NCBI GenBank assembly: GCA_963668425.1
Contig: OY764332.1
Span: 41,241 to 105,240 of the forward strand
Length of the DNA stretch: 64,000 bases
Direction of reading: 5' to 3'
Source: Minisyncoccota bacterium
GTDB taxonomy: Bacteria; Patescibacteriota; Minisyncoccia; Phycocordibacterales; JABAAK01
A model generated the notes under the pieces. It worked only from the letters and a program-made list of their open reading frames with translations, was not told the DNA's origin and searched no databases. Positions 1-10,220 of this stretch are shown piece by piece. Each line of letters opens with the position of its first letter. Position 1 is the first letter of the stretch. The position numbers and the translations under genes were made by a program.

Positions 1-3000
1 CATGAAAATTCAGTAACAAACCGTGTCCCACCAGTAAAGTGTTTTGCAATATCTCGCCTACGAATAAGTCCAACGCGGTTACGTCCGTCGTCTTCCGGAA
101 CATCACTCACCACAGGAGCAATAGTGTCTTGCGTTAATTTGATCGGCGCAGAGAACACGGTAGGAAGGCCGCCTGTTTGGACTTGAACGCAGATATAGTG
201 GTCACCGTCCTTGGTAAGTGATGTGGCAGTCGGAGCAGTAGCGCTATAGGTGGCAAAAGATGCATCACAGGAAGAAATAGCACCGGCAGAGTGTTTCATT
301 GCATAGGTAGCTGTTGTAGCGGGAAAGGTGACAGGAGCGGAGACAAAGGCGACGCTATTTTTTACCTCTTCCGTATTTATCCATCCATCTTCCGCATCAT
401 TTATAAGTTTTGATGGAGTTATGACAGTAATCACAGCATCGGTAACCGTAAGAGCGATTGTGATTTCGGTACTGTTCCCTGCCGCGTCAAATCCGGTAAC
501 AACGATTTTTGTGTTGCCTTTTGCGACACCTGTAATAATTAACGTTGTTAGTGATAAACTGGCGGTAGCAACCTCGGTCTCAGTGGGGCTTTCCGCGCTG
601 AAATGCACTGCTTCATCAGTAAACAGAGAAGTAGTGGCAATGGTTTCAGATCTGCCGGCAATCACAAAAAGGGTGCTGGGAGCATCCGCCGAAACAGAAG
701 GATCAGAAGTGTCACGCACTACCTTCAAAGGAGTGTGGTATGAAATGAGATTTGTTCCCTTCTTACTGCGAACACAAATATAGTGGTCACCGTCCTTGGC
801 AAGTGATGCAGCAGTCGGAGCAGTAGCGCTATAGGTGGCAAAAGATGCATCACAGGCAGAAATAGTGTTGGTAGAGTGTTTCACCGCGTACTCAGTCGTA
901 GTGGTAGGCGTGGTTACTGCCGCAGAGACAAGAGCGGTCGTATTCGTTGACTCATCCTCATTGATATACCCATCTTCTGCATCATTTATAAGCGTTACCG
1001 GTGTTGTAATGGTAATTGTGGATACGGTCACGTTGACTGTGAAGATGCCCCGTATGCTGTTTCCTGCTTGGTCAAATCCGGTAACTGTAATGGTAGAGGT
1101 GCCACTCGTGTTGCCAATTCCTGTGAGTGTAAGATTCGGTGACTCAAACGCGGTAGTGAGTATAGCAGTGTCTGAAGGAGTGCCAGCCGCGTATGTCACC
1201 GCATCATTTGAGAAAATGGTTGACAGATCAATGGTGACAGGAGTGATGGTATTGACCGCGTGGACAAGCTTTGCTCCTTGAGCAATGGTTGGCGCAACGG
1301 TATCACGAACAATCACAAGAGGGCTACTGTAGTGCGCATCGTATCTTTCTTTTTCCGCCCGAGCACAGAGTGAATACATGCCGTCTTTGGTAAGTGCTGT
1401 TGTGGTTGGAAGTGCTGATGCATATGTACCTGAGGAAGCGTCACAAATAGAAAGTGCATCGGTTGCATGGTAGTGCAATGCGTAGGTGATCGTTGTATCC
1501 TGAGTAGTTTCTGCGGCGGCGACAAGGGCAAATGCTGCTTTTCTCAGTTCAGAAGCATTCACATACCCATCAACAGCATCGTTTGCAAGTGCAGGTTGAC
1601 TGGTAAAGGTAAGTGTGAAGAGAGAGACGGTTACCGTTATCGTTGCTTCAGTGCTATTGCCGGCAGTGTCTGTTGCAGAAATGACAATGGTACTCTCCCC
1701 TTTTCCGACTGCATTAAAGGTAAGTTCTGGGGTGCTGAAGGAAGTGCTGATGACACTGCTATCACTTGGTGCTCCCACACTGTAGGTGACTGCGCCAGTG
1801 AAGATGTCGCTGAGATCAATGGTTCTTTCATCTTCAATGGTATGTGCATAGGTAAGAGGAGTATCTGCGACAATGCTAGGTGCGACGGTGTCTCTGACTA
1901 CTTTGAGTGGTGTGGTGTAGATGGTGATGTAGCCCTTCTTTTCAGAGAGCGCACAAAGGTAGTGATCGCCATCTTTGCTGAGATCTACTGCGGTAGGAAC
2001 CGTAGTGCTGTAGGTACCGAATGTTGCATCACATGTGGTGATAGCTGTACTTGAGTGTTTCACCGCATACTTTGCTATTGCTGCCGGAGTAGTAACAGGA
2101 GCGGAGACAAGCGCAGTCGTCTCTGTTGATTCTTTAAGCGTAATGAAGCCATCTGTCGCATCATTGAGTAGTGTTGGGGCTGTTTTTGCAGTAAGTGCGA
2201 GAGAGGAAACCTCAAGGGTAAGCGTAACGTCATGACTGTTCCCCGCACTGTCACGCCCTGTTACTACAATGCTGCTGGTACCGCTGTCAATAGGAGTAAT
2301 AGTGAGTGTTGGACTGGTAAAGGAGGCAGTAACAACATTGGTGTCTGTTGGGTCAGCAACGGCATATTCAGTAGCACCGGCAAAGAGTGTGTCTACAGAG
2401 ATGGTGGCAGGGGTGGTAACAGTAAGGGTGTAGGAGGTTTTTGCACCAATAGCGCTTTGCGGCGCAATGCTGTCACGAGTAACTTTCAGAGGAGTGGAGT
2501 ACAGAGGAGCATACTTAGTTTTTATAGCACGGATACAGATATAGTAGGTGCCATCACTGGTCAATGATGCTACTGTTGGACGAGTGCTGGTATATGTTCC
2601 AAAGTCCGCATCACACGTTGCAATTGCACTGGATGACTGTTTCAGAGCATAGGTAAATGCTACATCAGCATTAGCGCTAGTGGCAACAAGAGAAGTAGTG
2701 GCGCTACTCTCTTGAGCATTCACATACCCATCAACAGCATCGTTTGCAAGTGTAGGTTGACTGGTAAAGGTAAGTGTGAAGAGAGAGACGGTTACCGTTA
2801 TCGTTGCTTCAGTGCTATTGCCGGCAGTGTCTGTTGCAGAAATGACAATGGTACTCTCCCCTTTTCCGACTGCATTAAAGGTAAGTTCTGGGGTGCTGAA
2901 GGAAGTGCTGATGACACTGCTATCACTTGGTGCTCCCACACTGTAGGTGACTGCGCCAGTGAAGATGTCGCTGAGATCAATGGTTCTTTCATCTTCAATG

Positions 3001-6000
3001 GTATGTGCATAGGTAAGAGGAGTATCTGCGACAATGCTAGGTGCGACGGTGTCTCTGACTACTTTGAGTGGTGTGGTGTAGATGGTGATGTAGCCCTTCT
3101 TTTCAGAGAGCGCACAAAGGTAGTGATCGCCATCTTTGCTGAGATCTACTGCGGTAGGAACCGTAGTGCTGTAGGTACCGAATGTTGCATCACATGTGGT
3201 GATAGCTGTACTTGAGTGTTTCACCGCATACTTTGCTATTGCTGCCGGAGTAGTAACAGGAGCGGAGACAAGCGCAGTCGTCTCTGTTGATTCTTTAAGC
3301 GTAATGAAGCCATCTGTCGCATCATTGAGTAGTGTTGGGGCTGTTTTTGCAGTAAGTGCGAGAGAGGAAACCTCAAGGGTAAGCGTAACGTCATGACTGT
3401 TCCCCGCACTGTCACGCCCTGTTACTACAATGCTGCTGGTACCGCTGTCAATAGGAGTAATAGTGAGTGTTGGACTGGTAAAGGAGGCAGTAACAACATT
3501 GGTGTCTGTTGGGTCAGCAACGGCATATTCAGTAGCACCGGCAAAGAGTGTGTCTACAGAGATGGTGGCAGGGGTGGTAACAGTAAGGGTGTAGGAGGTT
3601 TTTGCAGAAGTGAGGAGCTCGGGAACAGTGGTATCGCGAACAAGGGTAACTGGTTCAGAGTATTGTGTAGTAAGCCCGGCAGTTGCAGCCATAACACAGA
3701 TATAGTAGGTGCCATCACTGGTCAATGATGCTACTGTTGGACGAGTGCTGGTATATGTTCCAAAGTCCGCATCACATGTTGTGATAGCGGTAGTAGATGT
3801 TTTTAGTGCGTATTGAACTTTTGCGAAGAAGGGCGAAACGATAGGAGCTGTAATCAGAGCACTCTTTTTAGTAGATTCTGGAGCGCTGATATACCCATCT
3901 GTTGCATCATTTGTAAGCACCGATTTGGTAATAAACTTAATACGAGAAGCAAAGACGACAACACTCACAACCTCAGAAACTGAATTACCTGCCACATCAT
4001 GTCCGGTGATCTCAACTGTGGCAGACCCTTCATCAATACCGCTGATATGCAACATGTCTAATGAAGAAATGGAGGCACTTATCACCCTTTCGTCACTTGG
4101 TGTCCCTACTGTGTAGCGAACCGCATCATTAAAGACATCAGTGAGAGGGAGAGTAACGGGTGTCCCAGTGGTAATGGCGTAGGAAAGAGTAGCATCAGGC
4201 ACAATAGTAGGTATCACCGTGTCCCGACGAATACGACGCGGAGGAAGATACTCAACTGCATCCACATCACCAGAGAGGCGACGAGTACCACGAACACAAA
4301 GATAGTAATCACCGTCTTGTTTGAGATCTGTAATGCGAGGAAGAGCCGCCTTAAACAAAGTAGAAAATCCAGTTTCGCAGGAAGTAATAGGATCGGCTGA
4401 GTGCTTGAGTGCATACGCAACAGTGGTATTAGGAGAAAAAGGTTTTACTGCAGCAAGGAGTGTGTTACTTGAACGAGATTCCTCAAGGGAGATATACCTA
4501 TCTGATGCCTCAGAAGAAAGTGGTAGTGACGAAGAGCGTCCATACACCTCCACTATTCCTGTGTTCCCTTCTCTGTCTGCAAAAAAGAAACAAAGCGTTC
4601 TTCCTATGAGAGAAACAGCATGTTCTGGAGTCGCACTAAGAGTAAGCGCGCGCGACACAGAGGCAATACCCTCAAAGGAGGTAGTAGTATCAGAAAATTC
4701 TGAAACGGTAGCAGGACATGTTGTGTATGTAGGAACAACGTCAATAAGTAAGCGATCCACTCCTGTTCCTATTGTAGTACCACCATCAAACGTATCCGTA
4801 GACGTGACATATATTGTATCGGAAAACACATTGTTATACAGCCCAGAAGTGCGCGAACCATTTGCAGGGGCTCTATATGCAGCTGTAAAGGTGTCAGATT
4901 TTAGACCGCTGGTTTGCAGTCCTTCAGCTTTTCCGTTCTCTTGATATATTATTATTGACGGAGCGCTGGTATCCTCATCATCAAGGAATGACTCAGGAAA
5001 AGTCACTGCTGTCTCAAATGCTATGACTTCATTTTCTGCAATATCACGCAATGGCGCAATAGAAGGGGGTGTGTAGGAGAGGCGAAGAGCGCCTCTTGTA
5101 CCCCAATGCACTGAAAGAGGTAGTGTTACCGTATTACCAGAAATAGCAACAGAGGTAAGGTAGGAAACCGCAGATCCATCAAGTGCACGAGCAGTGTGAT
5201 TTAAGGAGAATGCGGAAACAGAAGGAGAAGTAGTAGTCAGTGGTTCACTAAAGGTAAGTGTAATAGCGGAGCTATCTTCTGCAAGGGTTGCGCGCTCAAG
5301 AGTAGGAATAGTTGTATCAATAGTACCAAAAGGGATGGCGGCACTCTCTAGTACAGGAGGTGTGGGGGTGTTGTCATTACCATCCTCAACAAGTATGCAA
5401 AATGTGTGCCTAGAAAGATCTGTAGTAATCTCTACAACTGCCTCTGTGGGAAGAGAGGCGTACTTTGAAGAAAGTACTATCTCTCCCGTGGTAAGAGTGC
5501 CGTCCTTGAGCGCAGTAGCAGAAGGACACGTGTCATCCTCAGGGATAAGTGCAGCAATAACCTGATCAACACCTGAAACAAGCACTTCCCCAGAGACCCT
5601 ATCACGAACAACGACATAGAAAGTTTGCTCTGCTCGTACAGGAATTTTTTTAACAATCTCTCCTGCTACAGAAGAGTAAAAAAGGTGGTCTGTAGACACC
5701 CCTTCTTTCTGTAGTCCGGCACGACGAGCACTTTCGGCATAGATACGAACTTCAGGCGCTATGGTATCAGAAGAAGGTGTTGCCACATCCTCAATGAGAA
5801 TGGTAAAGCTTCCTACACGCGCACCGCTTGTATTCTGTAGTGTTGTGCCCGAAGAAGGGGCGGTATATGTAAGCGTTACCGTATCACCAAACGTCCAATA
5901 TGTACGTAGAGGGAGTGATATGATTGATCCATCAACTGTAATAGCGCCATCAGGGTCAATGTGAGACACGCTCTCACCTTCACCATCAATTGCAGTAACA

Positions 6001-9000
6001 CTCAAAGAAAAGGCAGAGCTAAGTAATGCTGAAACAGCACTCTCAGGAGCAATATCTTCTTTAAACGAAAGCACGATACGATCTCCTGAAGGAGGAATCT
6101 CTGCGCCGGTAGCAGAGAACATATCTGTTGCTTTGAAAATAAAGGAGCTTGTAGTACTTCTTCCAAAGGCGTCAGTTGCGCGCACATCTACAATGACAGA
6201 GATAGGACTGAGAAAACGGATAGCTAATAACGAGTTTTCGGTAATAGTGTGAATCTGTACGGCACTATCCAAACGTACAGAAGAATCAGATGAGCGAAGC
6301 GTGACGGCATATGTAATCGGAGAAGTATCTTCAAAGAAATTGGCGAGCTGAGCATATCCAGTGTCTACTTGTGCCGAAGAAAGTAATTTTGAATGTTCTG
6401 GAATAGGGTCAACGACAAGACGAGGCGCGCTAAGATCAATGGCAACAGGGATATCAGAGACACGCACAGCAATGTTCCCTACGCGATCTTGAAGAACACG
6501 ACAAAGGTACTTACCATTCTGTGACTCATCAGGCACTTGAGGAATCTCGGTTGTAACACTGCCAGTAAGCCAAGCACCTTCGCCCTCTATCGAGCTGTGC
6601 AATGGGAGAAATGATGCGGTGTCAATAGTAGCAATACAATCACCCGGATCTGCAACAAATCCGTACACGTTATGAGACCATACACCGCTGCCAACATCCA
6701 TTACCTCTCCTGCATCTGTTGCAGGAAGAGTCGTGCCCGACACGCCACTGTTCAACCCAACAATACTTGGAAACGCGGGATTGCTTGGTGCCGACTTGTC
6801 AGCCCCAAACCGAAAAATAAAATGTGGTTGATTACCGATATCATTTCCTGTAAGGATTAACACTTCTTTACGTTGCGAACTTGACTTACCTGTTTCCAAG
6901 ACAAACTGAAAGCCACCATTACCGAGAGCTTCACGGGAAGAAGGGACGACGCGACACTCATCACAGCGAGAAAGATCAATAGTTAGAGCGTGAGGGGAGA
7001 CAGGGTCAGTAATCAAAACGGTGAGGTGCTCAGCAGTAGTCCATTCTCCATTAACAAATACTTCCCCGTCTGGCAAGGTTACCTCTGCGGTAAGTGTGGA
7101 GGAGCGGATGGGGATGATACGGGATTGCGTATATGATATATTCCCTGCATTATCAGCAACTTCATAACAGACCCTCTTATTATTTCGAGCATACACCATG
7201 TAGGCAGGAGTAGTAAATTGTGCACGTGTATCGGAGGAAATATCCTGCTTATCATCAAACCTCTCTGTGGTGCTGTCACATCTATCGGAAGCATCAATAA
7301 GAGCCACACGATAGTATGAGAGCCCTGAGGTGGTATCCTCAAACACTGCGGTTATATCGTGTGACAGTGCTGTAGCAGAAGGCGCGCTAACGTCTGAAAT
7401 GGTAGGAGATTTGGTGTCACGAAGCATTATAAGGGGTCCAAAAAATGAAGGTGGGAAATTGCCTTTAAATACCTGCACGCAGAGAGAATACGTACCATCC
7501 GTTGAAAACGACAATGCGCTTGGAGGAGTGTGCTGATAGGTGCCAGAGGAGAGAGCGCATTCTTCCGGTGGAGTGGAGGAAGGAATAACCGCATACGTGA
7601 TAGTAGGAGAAGCAACGTGTGTGGCAATCCCGCCAATAATTGCTTGTCCGGAATCTGATTCTGAGTTTTTAATAAATCCATCAGAGGCAACACCAAGCAA
7701 CCGTGGTGGCATCTTGAACAACACATCGGAAGATACAGCAATGCGTAACGGAGCAGAATAGACAGGACTAAGAGGTGAGTTTGCAGCTTTAACACAAAGG
7801 TAATAGATGCCGTCAGAAACGAAAGAGACAGCATTTGGAACGGTTTCTTTGTATGTGCCTGTGGAAGCAGTGCAGGTTGTCACAGGAGTGGTTGAGAGAA
7901 CCATTGCGTATGAAAAGGCGGTAGATTCCAATGAAACAACGATGCCGTTAATCACCGGATCTTCACTAAAGCGCTCTGCAAGAGTAATTTTGCCGTCAGA
8001 GGCAACACCACTGAGACGTGGCTCTTTTGTGATAACAATTTCAGAGGAAACAACAAGAGAAAGCTGGCGGGTAGTAGTGTTCCCTGCAACATCAGCTGCC
8101 TGTATTGATACAGATGTTTTTCCTTCCTTTAGAGCGGCAAAAGAAAGAGTGGTGCCATCATCTGAGAGTGACACAGTGGCAATTTCACTATCCTCCACTG
8201 AAGAAAGAGTGAAGTGAGAAGGAGTGGATTCTTTGACAAAGAACTTATGAGGAGAGAGGGTGAAGGAACCCCCTTTCGCCATAGCGACTTGAGAGGAACG
8301 AGCGGTTTTCTTTGGAGCGGTAGTATCTCTCATTATGAAAAATCGAGGTGCATGCCATGTAACAAACCCCGGTTTTGAAAACTCAATACATAGCGCAACG
8401 AGTCCGTTTTTAGTTATGCTGGTAGTGGTAGGGATGTCGGTGCTATATTGATGGTTACTGGACCTTACAAAAGAACACGAAGCGTTTCTATCAGTGCGGG
8501 AGTTAACACTTGAAGCCCTAAAGCGAACAGTAACCCCTTCAGTATCTGCCTTCCCTGAAGTTAGTAGAGGAAGATCAGCGACAACATCAGCAGTACTAAT
8601 ATACCCATCAGCAACGACAGGAGTAAGCGCAGGGTGTTCAGCAATGACAACACGAGGAGCCGTAACAAAAATTGAAATTCTCCTCTTGCTTCTACCAGGA
8701 TTACCGGCAATATCAGTTGCTGCAATCTCCAAAACTGCAGTCCCTAATTGTGAAGAAGGAAGGGCGGCAAGCGTGAGCTGTGACCCAACAAGTGAGATGG
8801 TAACTCTGGCACTCCCCGAAAGCTGCACTACCTTGAAAGTGGATGGCTCGTTAAATTCTCCTGAAATATCAAAAGAAATGGTATCCCCTTTTTCTACACT
8901 ATAGCGTGAAAGAAGTTTCTGCACGGATTGTGGATGCACTGAGTCAAGAATAATCTTGAGAGGTTGAGAATAGGCAGGAGCATACCCTTTCTGAGAGGCA

Positions 9001-9980
9001 CGAGCGCAGAGGTAGTATGTACCACCCTCTTCGTCAACAATTGGAGTAAGAAAATGAGGGGTAGGAACACGAAACTGATATATACTAATCCCCTCATCGC
9101 ACTCAGTAATCTCAGAAGGAGAATAGTGTATGGCATATGCAAACGCTGCCCCTGAAGAAGAGGCAGTGGGAGCTCTCATAAGAGGGATATTTCGTTGTAG
9201 CCGCTCTGCCGCATTGATATACCCATCAGCAGCGCTGTTAATAAGGGTGGGTTGGGTGGTAATAGAGAGTTTGGGGAGAAGAGAGAGTATCTGTACGGTA
9301 AACGTGGCAGTAGCACTATTCCCCGCTTTGTCAGAAGCAGATACTTTAACGGTTGTATTTCCGGGCTTGATCCCCTTCAAAAGAAGACCTCGAGGTGCGA
9401 TGGAGGCAGAGACAAGCGCAGGGTTTGCCGGCGCTGAAACAGTAAATTTTAACGAGTTACCCTCGGAAAAAGCATTTTTTATAGGGATAACGGAAGAAGC
9501 ATTAGCATGAACACTGTGACGCAAGTCACTCCACAGAAGATTTGGTGACAGGATGTCTCTCTTTATAGCATGCGGACGAGAGATGTATAGAGTTTCTGCC
9601 CCCTGTTTACGAAACCGAACACAGACAAAATACACACCGTCACCTTCAAGGCCTCTGAAAAGATTTATGGTAGTAGGCACAGAAGCACTATAGTTAGTGA
9701 GCGTGCTACAGTTGATAAACGTGGTACTAGGACTTGGAGATTTTTGTACAGCATATTCAACCGTCACTCCGTTGGTTGCGACAACCGGCGTAGAGAGTAA
9801 AATCTTATTTGACAAAATCTCTGACCGGTTGATATACCCATCTTCTGCGGGACCGGTAAGTTCTGCATGGGTAGTAACAACAATGCTTTCAGGAGATTGG
9901 GCAAAGGCAATAAGAGAGAAGCTGCCAAGAGCGCACAGTAACAATACAAAAAACAATGTAAATGTGTGTTTATACCCCAT
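1..9980 (-). CDS. Giant secreted repetitive surface/adhesin-like protein, partial (more than 3326 codons; the C-terminus lies beyond the window start). N-terminal signal peptide, then many Ig-like modules.
   Basis: Reverse-complement reading from an ATG at 9978-9980 opens with MGYKHTFTLFFVLLLCALGSFSLIAFAQSP. The first in-frame upstream stop is at 9999-10001. No stop was seen in this frame down to position 1. The recurring motif (A/T)xDGYI(N/S)xxE is followed by TCxxxxGTY...DG.YYxCV and DxAGN(S/T) about every 130-200 aa (for example near 9840, 9215, 8600, 3890, 2730, 1570 and 990). All plus-strand ORFs in the track over this span are low-complexity V/T/S/A-rich antisense translations. The ORF track appears to omit ORFs that lack a stop inside the window. 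Confidence 0.72.
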   Translation of the reverse strand, partial: MGYKHTFTLFFVLLLCALGSFSLIAFAQSPESIVVTTHAELTGPAEDGYINRSEILSNKILLSTPVVATNGVTVEYAVQKSPSPSTTFINCSTLTNYSASVPTTINLFRGLEGDGVYFVCVRFRKQGAETLYISRPHAIKRDILSPNLLWSDLRHSVHANASSVIPIKNAFSEGNSLKFTVSAPANPALVSASIAPRGLLLKGIKPGNTTVKVSASDKAGNSATATFTVQILSLLPKLSITTQPTLINSAADGYINAAERLQRNIPLMRAPTASSSGAAFAYAIHYSPSEITECDEGISIYQFRVPTPHFLTPIVDEEGGTYYLCARASQKGYAPAYSQPLKIILDSVHPQSVQKLLSRYSVEKGDTISFDISGEFNEPSTFKVVQLSGSARVTISLVGSQLTLAALPSSQLGTAVLEIAATDIAGNPGRSKRRISIFVTAPRVVIAEHPALTPVVADGYISTADVVADLPLLTSGKADTEGVTVRFRASSVNSRTDRNASCSFVRSSNHQYSTDIPTTTSITKNGLVALCIEFSKPGFVTWHAPRFFIMRDTTAPKKTARSSQVAMAKGGSFTLSPHKFFVKESTPSHFTLSSVEDSEIATVSLSDDGTTLSFAALKEGKTSVSIQAADVAGNTTTRQLSLVVSSEIVITKEPRLSGVASDGKITLAERFSEDPVINGIVVSLESTAFSYAMVLSTTPVTTCTASTGTYKETVPNAVSFVSDGIYYLCVKAANSPLSPVYSAPLRIAVSSDVLFKMPPRLLGVASDGFIKNSESDSGQAIIGGIATHVASPTITYAVIPSSTPPEECALSSGTYQHTPPSALSFSTDGTYSLCVQVFKGNFPPSFFGPLIMLRDTKSPTISDVSAPSATALSHDITAVFEDTTSGLSYYRVALIDASDRCDSTTERFDDKQDISSDTRAQFTTPAYMVYARNNKRVCYEVADNAGNISYTQSRIIPIRSSTLTAEVTLPDGEVFVNGEWTTAEHLTVLITDPVSPHALTIDLSRCDECRVVPSSREALGNGGFQFVLETGKSSSQRKEVLILTGNDIGNQPHFIFRFGADKSAPSNPAFPSIVGLNSGVSGTTLPATDAGEVMDVGSGVWSHNVYGFVADPGDCIATIDTASFLPLHSSIEGEGAWLTGSVTTEIPQVPDESQNGKYLCRVLQDRVGNIAVRVSDIPVAIDLSAPRLVVDPIPEHSKLLSSAQVDTGYAQLANFFEDTSPITYAVTLRSSDSSVRLDSAVQIHTITENSLLAIRFLSPISVIVDVRATDAFGRSTTSSFIFKATDMFSATGAEIPPSGDRIVLSFKEDIAPESAVSALLSSAFSLSVTAIDGEGESVSHIDPDGAITVDGSIISLPLRTYWTFGDTVTLTYTAPSSGTTLQNTSGARVGSFTILIEDVATPSSDTIAPEVRIYAESARRAGLQKEGVSTDHLFYSSVAGEIVKKIPVRAEQTFYVVVRDRVSGEVLVSGVDQVIAALIPEDDTCPSATALKDGTLTTGEIVLSSKYASLPTEAVVEITTDLSRHTFCILVEDGNDNTPTPPVLESAAIPFGTIDTTIPTLERATLAEDSSAITLTFSEPLTTTSPSVSAFSLNHTARALDGSAVSYLTSVAISGNTVTLPLSVHWGTRGALRLSYTPPSIAPLRDIAENEVIAFETAVTFPESFLDDEDTSAPSIIIYQENGKAEGLQTSGLKSDTFTAAYRAPANGSRTSGLYNNVFSDTIYVTSTDTFDGGTTIGTGVDRLLIDVVPTYTTCPATVSEFSDTTTSFEGIASVSRALTLSATPEHAVSLIGRTLCFFFADREGNTGIVEVYGRSSSLPLSSEASDRYISLEESRSSNTLLAAVKPFSPNTTVAYALKHSADPITSCETGFSTLFKAALPRITDLKQDGDYYLCVRGTRRLSGDVDAVEYLPPRRIRRDTVIPTIVPDATLSYAITTGTPVTLPLTDVFNDAVRYTVGTPSDERVISASISSLDMLHISGIDEGSATVEITGHDVAGNSVSEVVSVVVFASRIKFITKSVLTNDATDGYISAPESTKKSALITAPIVSPFFAKVQYALKTSTTAITTCDADFGTYTSTRPTVASLTSDGTYYICVMAATAGLTTQYSEPVTLVRDTTVPELLTSAKTSYTLTVTTPATISVDTLFAGATEYAVADPTDTNVVTASFTSPTLTITPIDSGTSSIVVTGRDSAGNSHDVTLTLEVSSLALTAKTAPTLLNDATDGFITLKESTETTALVSAPVTTPAAIAKYAVKHSSTAITTCDATFGTYSTTVPTAVDLSKDGDHYLCALSEKKGYITIYTTPLKVVRDTVAPSIVADTPLTYAHTIEDERTIDLSDIFTGAVTYSVGAPSDSSVISTSFSTPELTFNAVGKGESTIVISATDTAGNSTEATITVTVSLFTLTFTSQPTLANDAVDGYVNAQESSATTSLVATSANADVAFTYALKQSSSAIATCDADFGTYTSTRPTVASLTSDGTYYICIRAIKTKYAPLYSTPLKVTRDSIAPQSAIGAKTSYTLTVTTPATISVDTLFAGATEYAVADPTDTNVVTASFTSPTLTITPIDSGTSSIVVTGRDSAGNSHDVTLTLEVSSLALTAKTAPTLLNDATDGFITLKESTETTALVSAPVTTPAAIAKYAVKHSSTAITTCDATFGTYSTTVPTAVDLSKDGDHYLCALSEKKGYITIYTTPLKVVRDTVAPSIVADTPLTYAHTIEDERTIDLSDIFTGAVTYSVGAPSDSSVISTSFSTPELTFNAVGKGESTIVISATDTAGNSTEATITVTVSLFTLTFTSQPALANDAVDGYVNASELRKAAFALVAAAETTQDTTITYALHYHATDALSICDASSGTYASALPTTTALTKDGMYSLCARAEKERYDAHYSSPLVIVRDTVAPTIAQGAKLVHAVNTITPVTIDLSTIFSNDAVTYAAGTPSDTAILTTAFESPNLTLTGIGNTSGTSTITVTGFDQAGNSIRGIFTVNVTVSTITITTPVTLINDAEDGYINEDESTNTTALVSAAVTTPTTTTEYAVKHSTNTISACDASFATYSATAPTAASLAKDGDHYICVRSKKGTNLISYHTPLKVVRDTSDPSVSADAPSTLFVIAGRSETIATTSLFTDEAVHFSAESPTETEVATASLSLTTLIITGVAKGNTKIVVTGFDAAGNSTEITIALTVTDAVITVITPSKLINDAEDGWINTEEVKNSVAFVSAPVTFPATTATYAMKHSAGAISSCDASFATYSATAPTATSLTKDGDHYICVQVQTGGLPTVFSAPIKLTQDTIAPVVSDVPEDDGRNRVGLIRRRDIAKHFTGGTRFVTEFS
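1556..3778. repeat. Two tandem copies of a 1161-bp (387-codon) unit inside the giant gene. They are near-identical at the nucleotide level except for an ~75-bp divergent patch.
   Basis: ORF-track pairs 1637..1873 and 2798..3034, 2035..2235 and 3196..3396, and 1467..2054 and 2712..3215 have identical translations offset by exactly 1161 bp. Direct comparison shows 1556-2459 equals 2717-3620. The copies diverge at 2460-2533 versus 3621-3694, then match again at 2534-2614 versus 3695-3775. Confidence 0.9.
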
Positions 9981-10103
9981 ACAAAAGAAGGAACTATTTC
10001 AAGTGTAGCATGTACTGAAAGAGAGATTAAAAAAAACGGATGTGGAAAACTGCATATGTGCCATCTGACTCCCCTTCTTTTTTGTTAGGTTAGGGATTGG
10101 TGC

Positions 10104-10136
10104 AAAAAAACACACCTCGTAAAAGAGGTGTGTTTT
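10104..10136 (-). terminator. Rho-independent terminator for the 731-aa gene. It is bidirectional in form (A-tract, stem, loop, stem, T-tract) and separates that gene from the giant gene.
   Basis: aaaaaaa CACACCTC gtaaaa GAGGTGTG tttt. On the minus strand the perfect 8-bp stem is followed by a 7-nt T-run. It lies 85 bp after the stop at 10221. Confidence 0.6.
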
Positions 10137-10220
10137 AACTTTAACCTTCACGTAGTGCTGATAGGATTAGTGAGGGTTAAGGAGGAATAGGAAATCCCCT
10201 CCCCCTTACCTTTCAGGTGC

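Noticed and set aside
328-9510. About 25 plus-strand ORFs (60-207 aa) tiling 1-9980, including 4321..4944 and 9130..9510.
   Set aside because: All are Val/Thr/Ser/Ala-rich antisense translations of the giant minus-strand gene. Their recurring LIYPSSA peptides are the antisense image of the DGYIN motif.
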